From Octopus sinensis (taxonomy: Eukaryota): a stretch of DNA of 64,000 nucleotides. A program made the translations under genes and the position numbers. The first letter of the stretch is position 1. Each line of letters starts with the position of its first letter. Shown here in pieces: positions 27,851 through 40,710 of this stretch. The DNA lies in contig NC_043002.1 in NCBI RefSeq assembly GCF_006345805.1, forward strand, positions 78,306,001-78,370,000. Direction: 5' to 3'. The notes below the pieces were generated by a model, which did no database searches, was not told the origin of the DNA, and saw only the letters and a list, made by a program, of their open reading frames with translations.

Positions 27851-30800
27851 ATCTGAATGTAGACAATGCTATTCATATCTGCATGAATGGTCTCCAAACA
27901 GATCATTATCTTTTCTACTCTAGGCACAAGGACCAAAATTTTTGGGGAGAAGGGGCCAGTCAATTAGATCGCCCCACCTCCTCCAGTATGCAACGGGTAC
28001 TTAATTTATCGACCCCGGAAGGATGAAAGGCAAAGTCAACCTCAGCAGAATTTGAACTAAGAACGTAAAGACAGACGAAACACCACTAAGTATTTCGCCT
28101 GGCATACTAAAGTTTGAACCAGCTCATTGCCTTTCCAAACAGATTATTATGGCACAATGATGCACACCCCAAAAACAATAAAATTATATTTAAAAAATAC
28201 AAGCTGAAATTCTAAATATATATTATAGGTGCATGCATGGTCGTGCAGTAAGAAATTTGCTTCCTAACCACATGGTTCTGAGTTCAGTCCCACATCACAC
28301 CACAGTTGTAAAAGAGTGTCACTGTCATATAAGCAGTATCCTTTATTTCCAATATCCTGTGAGCACATGTCTGGCTTGGATTAATATTACCTTGCATGGA
28401 GACAGATGAGGGTTGGTGACAGAATGGGATATGGCTAGAAAAAATCTGCTCAAATAAACACTGTCCAAACCATGACAGCATGGAAAAGTAGATGTTAAAT
28501 CATGCTGCTGATGATGATGATGATGGCCCAGATAACTGCACTTTATTAACTGAATAAAGAACATAACAAACTTCTGTTGTTCAAAATATTTATATATATA
28601 TATGCTAACAAAAAATGCTTTTTAGATAAATTCTTGAACTTTAGGCTCATACTGGATCACTATTTTTTTCTGTTATAAAGTGAACCATGAATAAAAAGAT
28701 AAAAAATCTGGAAGTAGTGATTTAGATTATTCTTGGCATTGTGAACTTTAATGATTAAATATGCTACTAGAGGAAGATAAGACACAAAAGTTTAAAGCTA
28801 AAGCACAGCAATTTTGCCTCAAAAGAATTCCATTCTCTAAACATGCAGTATAGAAGAACAAAGTATTGAATGAATGACATGCAAACTGAGTTATAATTAT
28901 TCCAAAATATAGACTAGAATATTATTGATCAAAGAAGAAAAGAAAAAACAAACAAACAGAAAAACAACACATATTTTGCATAGTGACATACTTTTGATAA
29001 TATAGATGGAGCTAAGAAAAGAAAAGTTCTGACTCAAAGAATCAATAAAATTCAAATTTCATTCGAGTAGAAAATTCTTAGAAACAATCAATTCTTCTTG
29101 GAAAGTTTGCTAAGCTATTTATTTACCATAATCCCTAAATAGATCTAATGAGTAATGGTTTCATTGTGCACACATATGTCGGTGCATATGTGCTTGCTAC
29201 CAAGAGAGAGAGATAGTGATCTCATCGAAGACTACATTCAACTGTATTCAATGCCATTACTTAACAGTAAACATCTCTTCGGTCAATAAGTGAGCTACAA
29301 CTGAAGTATGGCATAAACATTTCGCTGACTCATTAACCTAGCACTTTCATTCCTACTTCAAAGCTGGCATACACAACAAGAGAAAACCAATTTTGCCTGT
29401 TAGCTAAAGATGAAATTTAGAAAGAAATCTTTAAAGAGAAAATAGTCAATAATAATCAGGTCTATACTACTTCATAAGTACAGGTATGACTGCATGGTTA
29501 AGATAATTGCTTTGTAACCATGAGGTTTCACGTTCAGTCCCAGTATAGACACAATGCACAAGTATCTTCTACTATAACACCATGTCAAACAATGCCTTAT
29601 GAATGATAGAAACTGTATGGGAGAGTGGGAGAGAGTGTGTATGTATGCGTGTGTGTGCGTATGTGCATGAATGCTGGTATTCCATGGCTTTACTTGAGTG
29701 AAACAGTAACATGATATTTACATTTCTTGTTGCCAATATGACTGAAGATCTTACTTAAAAAGCAGGAAAGAGATGGTGACAGGAAGAGCATCCAACTGTA
29801 AAAATCCTGCTTTAACAAAGTCCTCATCCAACCCATGAATGCATGGAGAAATTGGCATTGAACAAACAAAACTACTAGTTTAAATATAGACATTTTCCAT
29901 GAGACATGAACTCAAAAACCATGAGTTGGCTTACTTTATTAACAACACTTGTGCAGCTGAAATAAATCACAAGAGATTAAAATCAAATGTGAGTTTCAAG
30001 ATTGATTTTGGATAACTCAAAATTAAGAAAAAGTGAAATGTTTTGATTTTCCTTCTTTTTTTTTTTTTTCTCCTACCCGCCTCCTTTTTAATCCAGAAAC
30101 ATAGTTAACTCAGTTTAGGAAACAAAATTAAAAAAATAAAAAATTCTATTTCTTTTCCCAGAACCAAAACATGGAAATATTTAATCAATACTTATCTTAA
30201 TTCTTAACGTGTTCTCAGACATTATAATCATACACACATTGTTGCAAAACCACATCAGAAAGCACAACAAGTGTATTGCTGCTGGAGATAATTATTAATA
30301 AACAACTGTTCTTTACTTATTCTATCTCTTGTCTAGATTTAAGCACATTAAATGAAATGCTATTTATATTACATTTAGAAATTATCCATGGATCTGAACA
30401 GCTTTGGCTGTAGCAAAAGCTTTTGACTAGACAATACTTTTCCATCATACCAACTACTCAGCAACACAAAGAGACATTCTTCTCTTTCAATATCCATTTT
30501 TACTGTCTTCAAGTGAATTAATAACATGTGTAATGAAGCAAATCACACATGAAAGAATTACCTGAATATAAACTTCAGTCAACTGTCAAATCACATCATA
30601 GCTTTTTACCTCTTCCCACTCAGACATACATAGCCACACACCAATGTTTCCTACACAGCTTGCTTACTATTTATTCAGTGTTCTTTCACTCATCAGCTGA
30701 CAGCATTCCCCTCATAGTTTATTCACCTGTGACTAGTACTCTAAGATAAGTGAGCCAACAGGCTGTTCAACCTGTTAAAAATAGCAACCTAATCTTCCTC

Positions 30801-31404
30801 AAATCATATTTTTTTAAACTTATAAATGGAGGGACACTTTAGATAATGTAGAATAGAGAAAAAGCCATTATGATCACAACTGGCAAGCTGTTACTCGTGG
30901 CTGACCCAGGTCTAAATAACAACTATATGTAACATTAAAAACCTTTAATTTTGATGATAGCCTGTCCTTCTTCACACTTAACTTTGAAATAATAACAACT
31001 CTCATTTACCTAGCCTATGAAACCAATATAGGGCTTTCATGTAGTCACTCAATTTGCTAGAAACAGCAGCTAAATCTCCCTCAAATTATGTACACACACA
31101 CACACACACACAACTATATTGTTTTAGATACCGTTGTAGTTGCAAGTAGACATAGACACCATCTTGGCTCTCACAACCATGACCCACAGTGGAACATTGA
31201 GGATGTGACAGCCTAGAGGAGAGAGGACTACTACAGCATTCATTTTCAGTTGAGTAGTCCAGATCAATGTGAAATAAAGTACCTTGCTCAAGAACACAAC
31301 ACACTGTCTTGTTCTGAAATCAAATCCATGATTTTATGATGAGCTGAATGCCTTAATTACTAGCCCTACCTCTCCCACTGTCTTCACAATATAGATAGAT
31401 AGAC

Positions 31405-31636
31405 AAGAAATTAGAATGACAAAGAAATAATCAATTATGTTATGAACTTCATTAACTAACAGCTGTTTCTGCTATAAGATGCAATGCACTTATAGTTGAA
31501 TGTATATCTTATCATAGTTGAAGTGCAGTTCATGTTTGAAGCTCTGATGACTGCATTGCATCTTATAGCAGAAACAGCTGTTAGCTAATGAAGTTGATAA
31601 CATAATTGATTATTTCTTTTGTCATTCTAATTTCTT
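31405..31636. repeat. Foldback/MITE-like long inverted repeat (arms about 84 bp, loop about 63 bp)
   Basis: 31405-31488 and 31552-31636 are reverse complements with only a few differences. Confidence 0.9.
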
Positions 31637-32003
31637 ATTACTGCTCTGTACTTGACTGATACTTGTTTCTGATGTATATGTATACTGAGTTCTAACACCA
31701 GGTTATTAGTATCACTATACCTAAAAGAAATATATATATATGGGCATGGCTGTGTGGTTAGGGAGCTTGCTTCCTAGCTACATGGTTTCGGGTTCAGTCC
31801 CACTGCGTGGCACTTTGGGTAGGTGTCTTCCACTATAGCCCCGAGCCGACCGGAGCTTTGTGATTGAATTCGGTAGGTGGAAGTTACTGCCGTGTGTGTA
31901 TGTGTGCGTATAGCTGCTCAGTGCCTCTCCGAAAGAGAGAGAGGGGATATATATATATATATATATATATACCATATAAATTTATGGCTGATTTAGCAAT
32001 ATA

Positions 32004-32323
32004 TTGAGACCCTCTTCAATCGTGGGATTGCACCTAGAAAGTTACCCTCCCAGGCACAAGTTTGGGCAAGGTTGTTTATGGAAGACCCGCAGTCACCCAT
32101 GCATACCGGCCTCCCCTCTCCATGTCACCAGTGTTATCCAAGGGAAAGGTAACGGCCAACACAGCTTGGCACCTGTGACGTCGCAACTCATTTCTACAGC
32201 TGAGTGAACTGGAGCAATGTGAAATAAAGTGTCTTGCTCAAGAACACAACACACTGCCCGGTCCGGGATTCAAACTCATGACCGTAAGCTCGACGCTCTA
32301 ACCACTGAGCCATGTGCCTTCAC
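32004..32323 (-). mobile_element. CORE-type SINE with RTE-like 3' tail
   Basis: The minus strand reads tRNA-like head, TGTGTTCTTGAGCAAGACACTTTATTTCACATTGCTCCAGTTCACTCAGCTGTAGAAATGAG (CORE-like), then a distinct tail. Confidence 0.7.
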
Positions 32324-32324
32324 T

Positions 32325-32326
32325 AG

Positions 32327-32403
<77 letters not shown>

Positions 32404-32445
32404 ATGTGAGAGAGAGACAGACAGACAGACAGACACAGACAGATA
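32325..32445. repeat. (TA)n / (GA)n / (GACA)n microsatellite
   Basis: Directly visible. Similar tracts at 13372-13400, 32955-33070, 43107-43152 and 63690-63802. Confidence 0.95.
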
Positions 32446-32958
32446 GTTTGGTTTTGATTTGTCCATCTTTTTTATTAAGTGGGGAAAATCTTTTCCATGT
32501 TCAGCTACTTTGTAGCAATAAAAAATTCAGTGGTGGAATAATCATGTTTAATCTATTTCTTATCTATTTTATGCATAAGATAAACCATAAATTTCAAACC
32601 ACATAAGTGTATTTTGATAAAAACTAGATTTCTTCGGTATGATGTCAAATTTAAAACTTCAAAAAAAATCAAAGCAGATAACATTTTTCAAATTATTAAG
32701 GTAAAGAATAAAGTACTCGCAGAATTTTTTTTATCTTTTTCAAATCAGAAATACAGCAAAAAAGAAAAAGGGAGAAAGAGGAAGACAAAATGTAGAATAC
32801 CCCCCCCCCCCATCCGCCTGGTATAGTTTGATGGCAGTTTCCTCTTAAATTTAAGAATTCAATTGTTTATGAAAAACGCTTTTTTCCCCCTTTAAATTCT
32901 AGATCATAGCCATAACCCTACAATGTATGTGTGTTTGTTTATTTAGGACAAGGATATA

Positions 32959-33007
<49 letters not shown>

Positions 33008-33427
33008 GAATGTGTGTGTGTGTGTGTGTGTGTGTGTACACCATTATAAGTACACATATATATATATATTCATATATACACTTTTACTGGTTCCAACCAG
33101 TTGGCTATGATCATGCTGAAGCATGGCTGCAATCGAATGACTGAAACCAATAAAAGATAAACAAATTCTATATAAAAGAGGTATTTCAGACAGCTCTGTC
33201 AATGCAAAACAAGCATTAATATATTTACAGAATAAGTGGTGCCTGAATGGAATATAGACAGCACTGATGATGGATTAGAAGTAATAAAGAAGTAGATCTC
33301 ATTAATGCAGACAATATTAGCCTTTAAAAGTAGTGGGGAGTGTAGTGATTGGCAAAAGAATTGTTATGAAGTGCCATGAGATGATTACAACTGAAGCAAA
33401 TTAGAACTGATTCAATCAAAATTTTAG

Positions 33428-33950
33428 GCAAGTTGTTATCATGTGCATTGTTTTGTCTTGGTATAAAAGATGGACTACAGCAAATATTCTGCTCAATACC
33501 ACAGATTTGCTTGCCAGTTGTTTGACCATAACCAGTTGAGCATGTCCCTTAGTGGCTGACGATATGTGCATCTCTGATCACGAGCAGAAGTAGTGGGGGA
33601 GCATCATAGCCATGTGTTGAGAGGAATTCTTTGGGGCTTTGATAATTCACCTTTGGAAACATAGGTGTTTTGTTCAACATCCTTAAACAAACCTCACTCA
33701 AAGACCTTTTGAGCAGGATGGGCTACTCGACCTGAAGAAAATTCTAACTGGGCCCCACCTGCAAGGTCACACGCTGTTTATCATGATATGAGATCATGTT
33801 GCATACATATGGTTGTGATGTATGTACCTAGTGTACCCTTATCAGATAAGCAGTCATGATGGGTATACTAGGCTTCATATATTTTACCCCAGTGTCACTT
33901 TGATGGCATGCACTGCTCTTTCACTCAATAATAATAATGATAATAATAAT
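33428..33950 (+). mobile_element. Unclassified interspersed repeat ending in (AAT)n
   Basis: A GC-richer block with a retroposon-like (AAT)n tail. It resembles an abundant octopus repeat from memory; there is no second copy in this window. Confidence 0.4.
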
Positions 33951-35640
33951 AAGCTTTCCTACTAAATGCACAAGGCCTGGATTTTTGTGGGGACAGGGGT
34001 AATCGATCACATCAACCCCAGTACTTGACTGGTACTTAATTTATCAACCCTGAAAGGATGAAAGGCAAAGTCGACCTCAGTAGAATTTGAACTCAGAATG
34101 TAGCGTGAGATGAAATGTTTAGCAGAATTTCATCTGACGTGCTAATAATTCTGCCAGCTCACCACCTTAATAATAATGATGATAATAATAATAATCCTTT
34201 ATACTATAGGCACAAAGCCTGAAATTTGAGGGGAGGGGTCTAGTCAATTACATCAACCCCATTGTGTAACTGGTATTTATTTCATCAGTCCCCGAAAGAA
34301 TGAAAGGTAAAGTTGACCTTGGTAGAATAATAATAATAATAATTTCAAATTTTGCCATAAGACCAGAAATTTCAAAGGGAAGGGGAAGTTGTTTACATCG
34401 ACTCCAGTGCTCAATTGGTACTTATTTTACTGACCCTGACAGGATGAAAGGCAAAGGCAACCTTGACAGATTTGAACTGAAAATGTAAAGACAGACAAAA
34501 TGCTGCGAAGAATTTTGCCCAGTGTTCTAACGGTTCTGTCAGCTTTCTAACAAAGGCACAAGGCCATAAATTTGGGAGGAAGGGTTAGTTGATTAATCCT
34601 TTTGATACTGACCTATCTGAGACTACATGTGGTTCAATGACTCAAACTCCATTTTTAAAAGTGATCTGAATTATAAACTTCTACCAAAATTATATGTTAA
34701 TTTTTGTTCTAAATACCAACTTAATAATGAAAATATTTTAATAAATTTTATTTTATTTTCAAAATTAACTGCAGCAAAGATACAATATTTCAGAAATATT
34801 ATTTAAATTAAAAAAGAAAAAAAAAGAGTCAATTGACTCAAATAGTTGACTAGTGCTTATTTTATCAACCCAGAAGTATGGAAGGCAAAACTGGCCTCAG
34901 TAGGATTTCAATTCAGAGTATAAAAAGCCAGAAGAAATACAGCAAGGAATTCTATCTGACATTGTAACAGTCCCACCAATAGTAATATTGATTTTAACAA
35001 AACAAATTTAGAGGGGGGTACAACCAATCAAATCAACCCCAATACTTTACTGGAGTTTATTTTATTAACCCCAGGAAGGGGAATTAAAGTCAACATGAAA
35101 GGGATTTGTACTCAAAAACATAAATAATGACAAATTAAAAATAACTAAAGAAACCAAATATATGAGAATGGTGCATTGTTATTAGAGGCAAATGATGGTG
35201 AAATCAAAAAGGATGGCCTTAATCAACACAAATCACCCATCCCCAAAATGTGTTGACCTAATTATTTATCTTCATGTATCCTTATTATTTACTCGTATGA
35301 TAACTACAACAAGCTTTTATACCATACCATTTTAAAGAAAGACATTAGGTAATGTAGTATTGGATACATGTCTTAAAATAAGATTGGATGATCATGGTTG
35401 GATTGCTTTAATCATAGACCTGCTTGATTAGAGTAAATCTGAAGTTAAACAACACTGTAAATATTGATTGTAAGAAAGAAAGGATAAAAATACAACAATT
35501 TCTGGTTTTATTATTGATTTACAACAGGGTCACATATTTTAAGGATGGAAGCGATCAGTTTATTGACTCAAATACTTGACTGGTACCTACTTTATTAATT
35601 CTGGAAGGATGAAAGACGAAGTTGAGATTTGGGAGATCTT
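33950..35640 (-). mobile_element. Cluster of about 6-7 family A SINE copies and fragments
   Basis: Reverse complement of the same unit (GATGAAAGGCAAAGTCGACCTC...GAATTTGAACTCAG), separated by (AAT)n tracts. Confidence 0.75.
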
Positions 35641-36644
35641 GGGCTCAAGAGAAATCAAATAATTAGCCATTTCTCAAGGAAGTAGCTTCTTTCTCTTCAC
35701 AAAATAAACACAACATATTAGTCAATGATCTTCAGATGGTTTTAACAACAGTAAAAGCGTATATATTTCAGAAACTGATAATTAGCTTCGTTAATGTAAA
35801 AACACTGCCATAATTATGGCATATCTTGAATTATTCAGTAAAACCATACATTTTCAACTATTTTGATTATTGTTTTAACAGCTATGGTCAGCACTAGCTG
35901 AGCAGACATGTTGGGCAGTGGGTAGTAATGTAAATGAAGGGGCTTATTTTCATTAAACCTACAGACAAAATAAATTCATATTAAGATTAATGATTCTTAA
36001 CCAAGGAGGTAGTGCCCCTTTCAGAACATTGTAAGCTCATTTGTCAGGACTAGAATGTGACTGACAACACATTAAGGTTCAGAATAATTTCATTCAATGA
36101 ACCCTTGCCTTCTTCAGTAATTTTCATGAAAATTTAATATAAAGAACACTAGTCCATGCAAACATTTAAAAAGTGACACATGCTGAATGGAATAGTATAA
36201 GAACATATAATAGGGTTTAGGAGGCAGTTGTAAAACACCAAGCTCCAAAAGGTTGGGAAACACTTGCGAGCAACTAGCATTAAAAGTAAAGCAAAATAAT
36301 GGACAAACAATCATTCCAGCTCAGTTCAAAGTATCTATAACGCCAGAAGAGACCCTGCTAGATCTGTATTTAGTGTGCAAAATGCTCTTCAGACATATTT
36401 TTCCCTGAAACATATTGTGATATTCATAATTAGCATCACAACATTCTCTCTATTCCTATATCATCATCATCATCATCATATATATATATATATATATAAG
36501 TTGTTTTGTATATTGTTTGTTTCACATTTGAATAAGGAAGAAAACTCTAGTTGAATACATTCTGCTAGAGTAAATTAAGCTAAGAACAAAAGTCATTAAT
36601 TATCAGAGAGGGAAAAAGAAAGAGAGGGAGAAATTCTTTGTAAA

Positions 36645-37479
36645 ATTACAGAAAATAAAATAAAATAAATAAAAATCAATATGATGATCCTAATTAAGCT
36701 ATTGAGAAGATTATAATTTCAGCAATTATCATCAAACATTACAATATTTCTATGAAAAGCAACATTTATAATTATATATACTGAAAGATGTAGAAAATGT
36801 GTATTCTTGAAGTATGGGTGCAGCATAGGACAAAAATTAAGAAAATGAAAAATAAAAACCATCTTATTTTCCAGTTCTCAAATGAATCTAGTAGAAATAG
36901 TTAGCAATAAGACGATGATTTAATTAAACAAATACTACTGAGCAACAATCAACTATCAGCCAAAATAATGAAGCAAAATTTTTCAGATATCAAATGGGAT
37001 TCTTTTACCTTTTATTCTTTTACTTGTTTCAGTCATTTGACTGCGGCCATGCTGGAGCACCACCTTTAGTCGAACAAATCAACCCCAGGATTTATATTTT
37101 GTAAGCTTAATACTTATTCTATTGGTCTCTTTTGCTGAACCGCTAAGTTACAGGGATGTAAACACACCAACATTGGTTGTCAAGCAAAGGTGGGAGGACA
37201 ATCACAGACACACACACAAATATATATATATATATCTTTTACCTTTTTACCTTTTACTTGTTTCAGTCATTAGACTGCGATCATGCTGGGGCACCACCTT
37301 GAGGAAATGCTTACAGCACCTAGGTTTCCCAAGCAGTCACCCATCTAAGTACTAACTAGGCTCGATGTTGCTTAACTTCGGTGATCGGACGAGAACTGGT
37401 GTTTTCAACGTTATATGGCCTTAAGCTTAATTAGGATCATCATATTGATTTTTAATTATTTTATTTTATTTTCTGTAAT
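36645..37479. repeat. 56-bp inverted duplication (36645-36700 vs 37424-37479)
   Basis: 37424-37479 is the reverse complement of 36645-36700 with 1 mismatch in 56. It abuts the 5' end of the 5S copy with a 3-nt AGC overlap. Confidence 0.9.
37308..37426 (-). pseudogene. 5S rRNA: Full-length 5S rRNA copy (119 nt), probably a retro-pseudogene
   Basis: The reverse complement GCTTAAGGCCATATAACGTTGAAAACACCAGTTCTCGTCCGATCACCGAAGTTAAGCAACATCGAGCCTAGTTAGTACTTAGATGGGTGACTGCTTGGGAAACCTAGGTGCTGTAAGCA carries the hallmark 5S segments (CCGATC, GAAGTTAAGC, TAGTACTT.GATGGGTGAC). It has apparent CpG-decay changes relative to typical animal 5S, is not in a tandem array, and is embedded in SINE sequence. Confidence 0.9.
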
Positions 37480-37588
37480 ATAACGAACTTCTTTCAGTTT
37501 CTGTGAATCAAATCCACTCACAATGAATTGAAACGGAAACCGAGTAACGGCAGCAGCGGAACAGTGTACAACTGCTGAATCGCAATGA

Positions 37589-37640
37589 TAGCTGGTTGAT
37601 CCTGCCAGTAGTCATATGCTTGTCTCAAAGCTTAAGCCAT
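37589..37640 (+). pseudogene. 18S rRNA: 5'-terminal 52 nt of 18S rRNA (dispersed fragment)
   Basis: TAGCTGGTTGATCCTGCCAGTAGTCATATGCTTGTCTCAAAGCTTAAGCCAT matches the universal eukaryotic 18S start TACCTGGTTGATCCTGCCAGTAGTCATATGCTTGTCTCAAAGATTAAGCCAT with 2 mismatches. It is preceded by about 65 nt of CpG-rich non-SINE sequence (37524-37588), inferred to be 5'ETS. Confidence 0.9.
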
Positions 37641-38047
37641 TTTGAAATATTTTTAATATTATTATTACAAGACACTTGCCCAAGGTGCCACACAGTGGGA
37701 CTGAACCTGGAATCATGTGGTTGGGAAGAAAGCTTCTTATCACACGGTCACTCCAGCACCTATATTGTTATATTGTGAAAGCCTAAGAATACACTCAACG
37801 GGACACAAGGCGACTACCATCAATGTCAAACAAGTGGATCATCATCATTATCATTATTGTCATTGCCACCACCATTCAGCATCTGTTTTCCAGGCTGGCA
37901 TGGGCTGGACTGGAAAGCCAGAGAACAGTGCCAATCTCTAATGTCAGCTTCAACATGGTTTCCGCAGCTGGATACCCTTCCTAAAGCCAACCCCTTTAAA
38001 GAGAATGTACTGGGTGCTTAGCAAAATACCATGGCCATCAGCAACTA

Positions 38048-38249
38048 GAGAAAACTTGGGAAGACAAATTAATTCATGGTAAGTACCTAAAAAGGATGCA
38101 AGAGGCACGATGTGGACCAAATGAAGACACACCTAGAAGCTAAAGCGCATGGAACTAAAAAAGCAGAAACAGAGGGCCCTATAATCACTGTACAAGACCA
38201 GATCCTTGCAACCAGTTCCTAACAACAATATATCATCAAGGAAAAAATC
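38048..38249 (+). mobile_element. R4/Dong-like (RLE) non-LTR retrotransposon fragment
   Basis: With one frameshift and one stop: EKTWEDKLIHGKYLKRMQEA/DVDQMKTHL...KAETEGPIITVQDQILATSS*QQYIIK. This resembles the W..K.LHG.Y and LK.ETEG.I.A.QDQ motifs I recall for R4/Dong. Confidence 0.6.
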
Positions 38250-38460
38250 TTAGAAGCATCATCATCATATTAACATCCACTTTTCACTGCTTGCATGGAT
38301 CAGACAGAGTTATTGAGGCAGATTTTCTTTCCTGTCGTGAACCCACATCTGTTACCAAGCAAAGCAATATTTCTGCATGACACTGACACCCGTTTTCAAC
38401 TATTGTAAGATGTCAAGACAAGAAGACACAAATATACACACACATGTGCATATATATTAC

Positions 38461-38816
38461 TCTTTTACTGGTTTCAGTCATGTAACTGCGGCCATGCTGG
38501 AGCACCGCCTTTAGTCGAGTAAATCGACGCCAAGACTTATTCTTTGTAAGCCTAGTACTTATTCTATTGGTTTCTTTTACCGAACCGCTAAGTTACGGGG
38601 ATGTAAACACACCAGCATCAGTTGTCAAGTGATGTTGGGGGGACAAACACAGACACACAAACACAGGCTTCTTTCAGTTTCCTTCTACCAAATCCGCTTT
38701 TGGTCAGCCCGAGGCTATAGTAGAAGACACTTGCCCATGGTGCCATGCAGTGGGACTGAACCTGGCACCATGTGGTTCGTAAGCAAGCTACTTACCACAC
38801 AGTCACTCCTACACCT
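38461..38816 (-). mobile_element. SINE family B copy
   Basis: Collinear with 57718-58104 along its length. Confidence 0.85.
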
Positions 38817-40710
38817 ATATATATATATATATAATGTAAATAATATATAAATATATGCATATATATATGTACATACCTACATATATATGTATATATACAT
38901 GTATATATGGGTACAAGACATCAAAAAAACATTGAACACAATGAGAAATATATACATACACACACAAACGGTATCAACCAAACTATCAGATGTTGCTACA
39001 CACCATTGATCACAATGTATTTTATTGCTGAATGATGCCACAACTCTACTAGCTAGACAGGCAGGCCAACATTCCCACTGAATAGAATGCCAGTTTGTTG
39101 CAGGGTTACCCATTTACAGGTAAGTGGACTGGAGCAATGTGGAATGAAGTGTTTTGCTCGAAAAGCACAATGCACAGTTGGTTTGAGAATTGAAACCACA
39201 ATCTCACAATTTTAAGTGCAACACCCTAACCACAAGGCCACATATAGCTGTATACACAATGGGATTCTTTCAGTTTTCATCTATAATATCCACTCACAAG
39301 GCTTTTGCCTGCCTGGAGCTATAGTAGAAGACACTAGCCCAAGGTGCCATGTAGTGGAACTGGACTTGAAATCATGTAGTTGGGAAGCCACAGAAGCTTA
39401 ATCACACGTCAGTGTGTTTATAAGTTTTCCAGGTGAACTCTTCCAGGATGTAATAATATCAGTTTCAACATGCTATTTCAGATCAACATTATTGCAAATA
39501 AATCCAAAAATACAAATGATATTTGAAGTGAAATTAAATACGGCAATCAACTTAATGAAAAAAATTTCTATCTGGAATTTGAATTTAAATTTGTCAGTTT
39601 TAACTTTTTTCAAATTTATTTTCAATCAAAAGCACAAACCAAATTGCATGAAAGGAAGAGGAGGAAAATGTTTGACAAGACAGGTGATTTACTATTTAGC
39701 TTGTCATCCAGGACTTTCTATATGATTGTTTGACCTATAAGAAATAGCAGCAAAAAGTCTTTCTCATATCATGCCATCTTAAAAAAAAAGAGTACATCGG
39801 GATAATGAGGTACACTATTCCTGAAAAAAAAAATGACAGGATGATCATAGCCAACTTGGAACTAAATAAGAAGCCCTTATGCTAGAAATAACAGCTGAAT
39901 CTCCTTCAAACATCTCTGCTATTTTAAAAAAGGTAAGCCGAATCATCTGGCTTACTACTTATGTGGCACAAATCAAAGTCAGACTGTGGTCATACAATAA
40001 CCAACTATCTGTATCATAATTCTGTTTAAAAAGAGTTTAACAATACAAAATAACATGTCAATAGGATCCTCTTACACCAGACAAACTTGGTTCATTTTAT
40101 ATCTATTTTTCAATGTTTGTATGGGTTACACTAAGTTGATCATTGAAGCATTATTTTACAACTGGATGTCTTTCCTGTTACTAACCCATATCTCTTTCTT
40201 GTCGGTTTTTTTTTTACTGCACTTGCCTCTGAAAGTACAGAGTAACAGACCAATTTATAAATATAACATTTTTTGCTCAATGGTTTCATGTGAAGGTGGA
40301 TAATGTACACATCCACACACATATTTATGACAGGTTTCTATATACCTTCCATCAATCAGTTCCACTTACAAGGCATTGATTGGCTCAAAGCCGCAGTAGA
40401 AGACACTCGGCCAAGGTGCAATGCAGAACAATAGAACTGCATGGTACCTTGACCAAGCAAAGATTCCAAAAACTTTTAAAATCTAATATATATTGCTGAC
40501 ACTGACATAAGATCAAACATAACTGATGAGATGAAAACTTTGCCTGTCATTCTTCCTAGGTCAGTAAATAAAATACCAGTCTAGGGCGATAAACTAATAG
40601 AATCATTAGAACATTGGATGAGATGCTTTGGGGTATTCCAGTTTTTTGCATTCCGAGTTCAAATCCTACAATAGCCAACTAGAGCGGAAAATTTAATCCA
40701 TCACTTAGTT

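Larger units (their letters stand above)
37007..37760 (-). mobile_element. SINE family B copy disrupted by rRNA-derived and templated inserts
   Basis: Family B tail (37007-37235), mid-body (37481-37523) and head (37668-37760) are in order, separated by a second SINE tail, the 5S copy, the inverted duplication and the ETS-18S piece. Confidence 0.8.

Noticed and set aside
37308-37640. A functional linked 5S-45S rDNA unit
   Set aside because: The 18S stops after 52 nt, the 5S shows decay and has SINE flanks, and there is no array.
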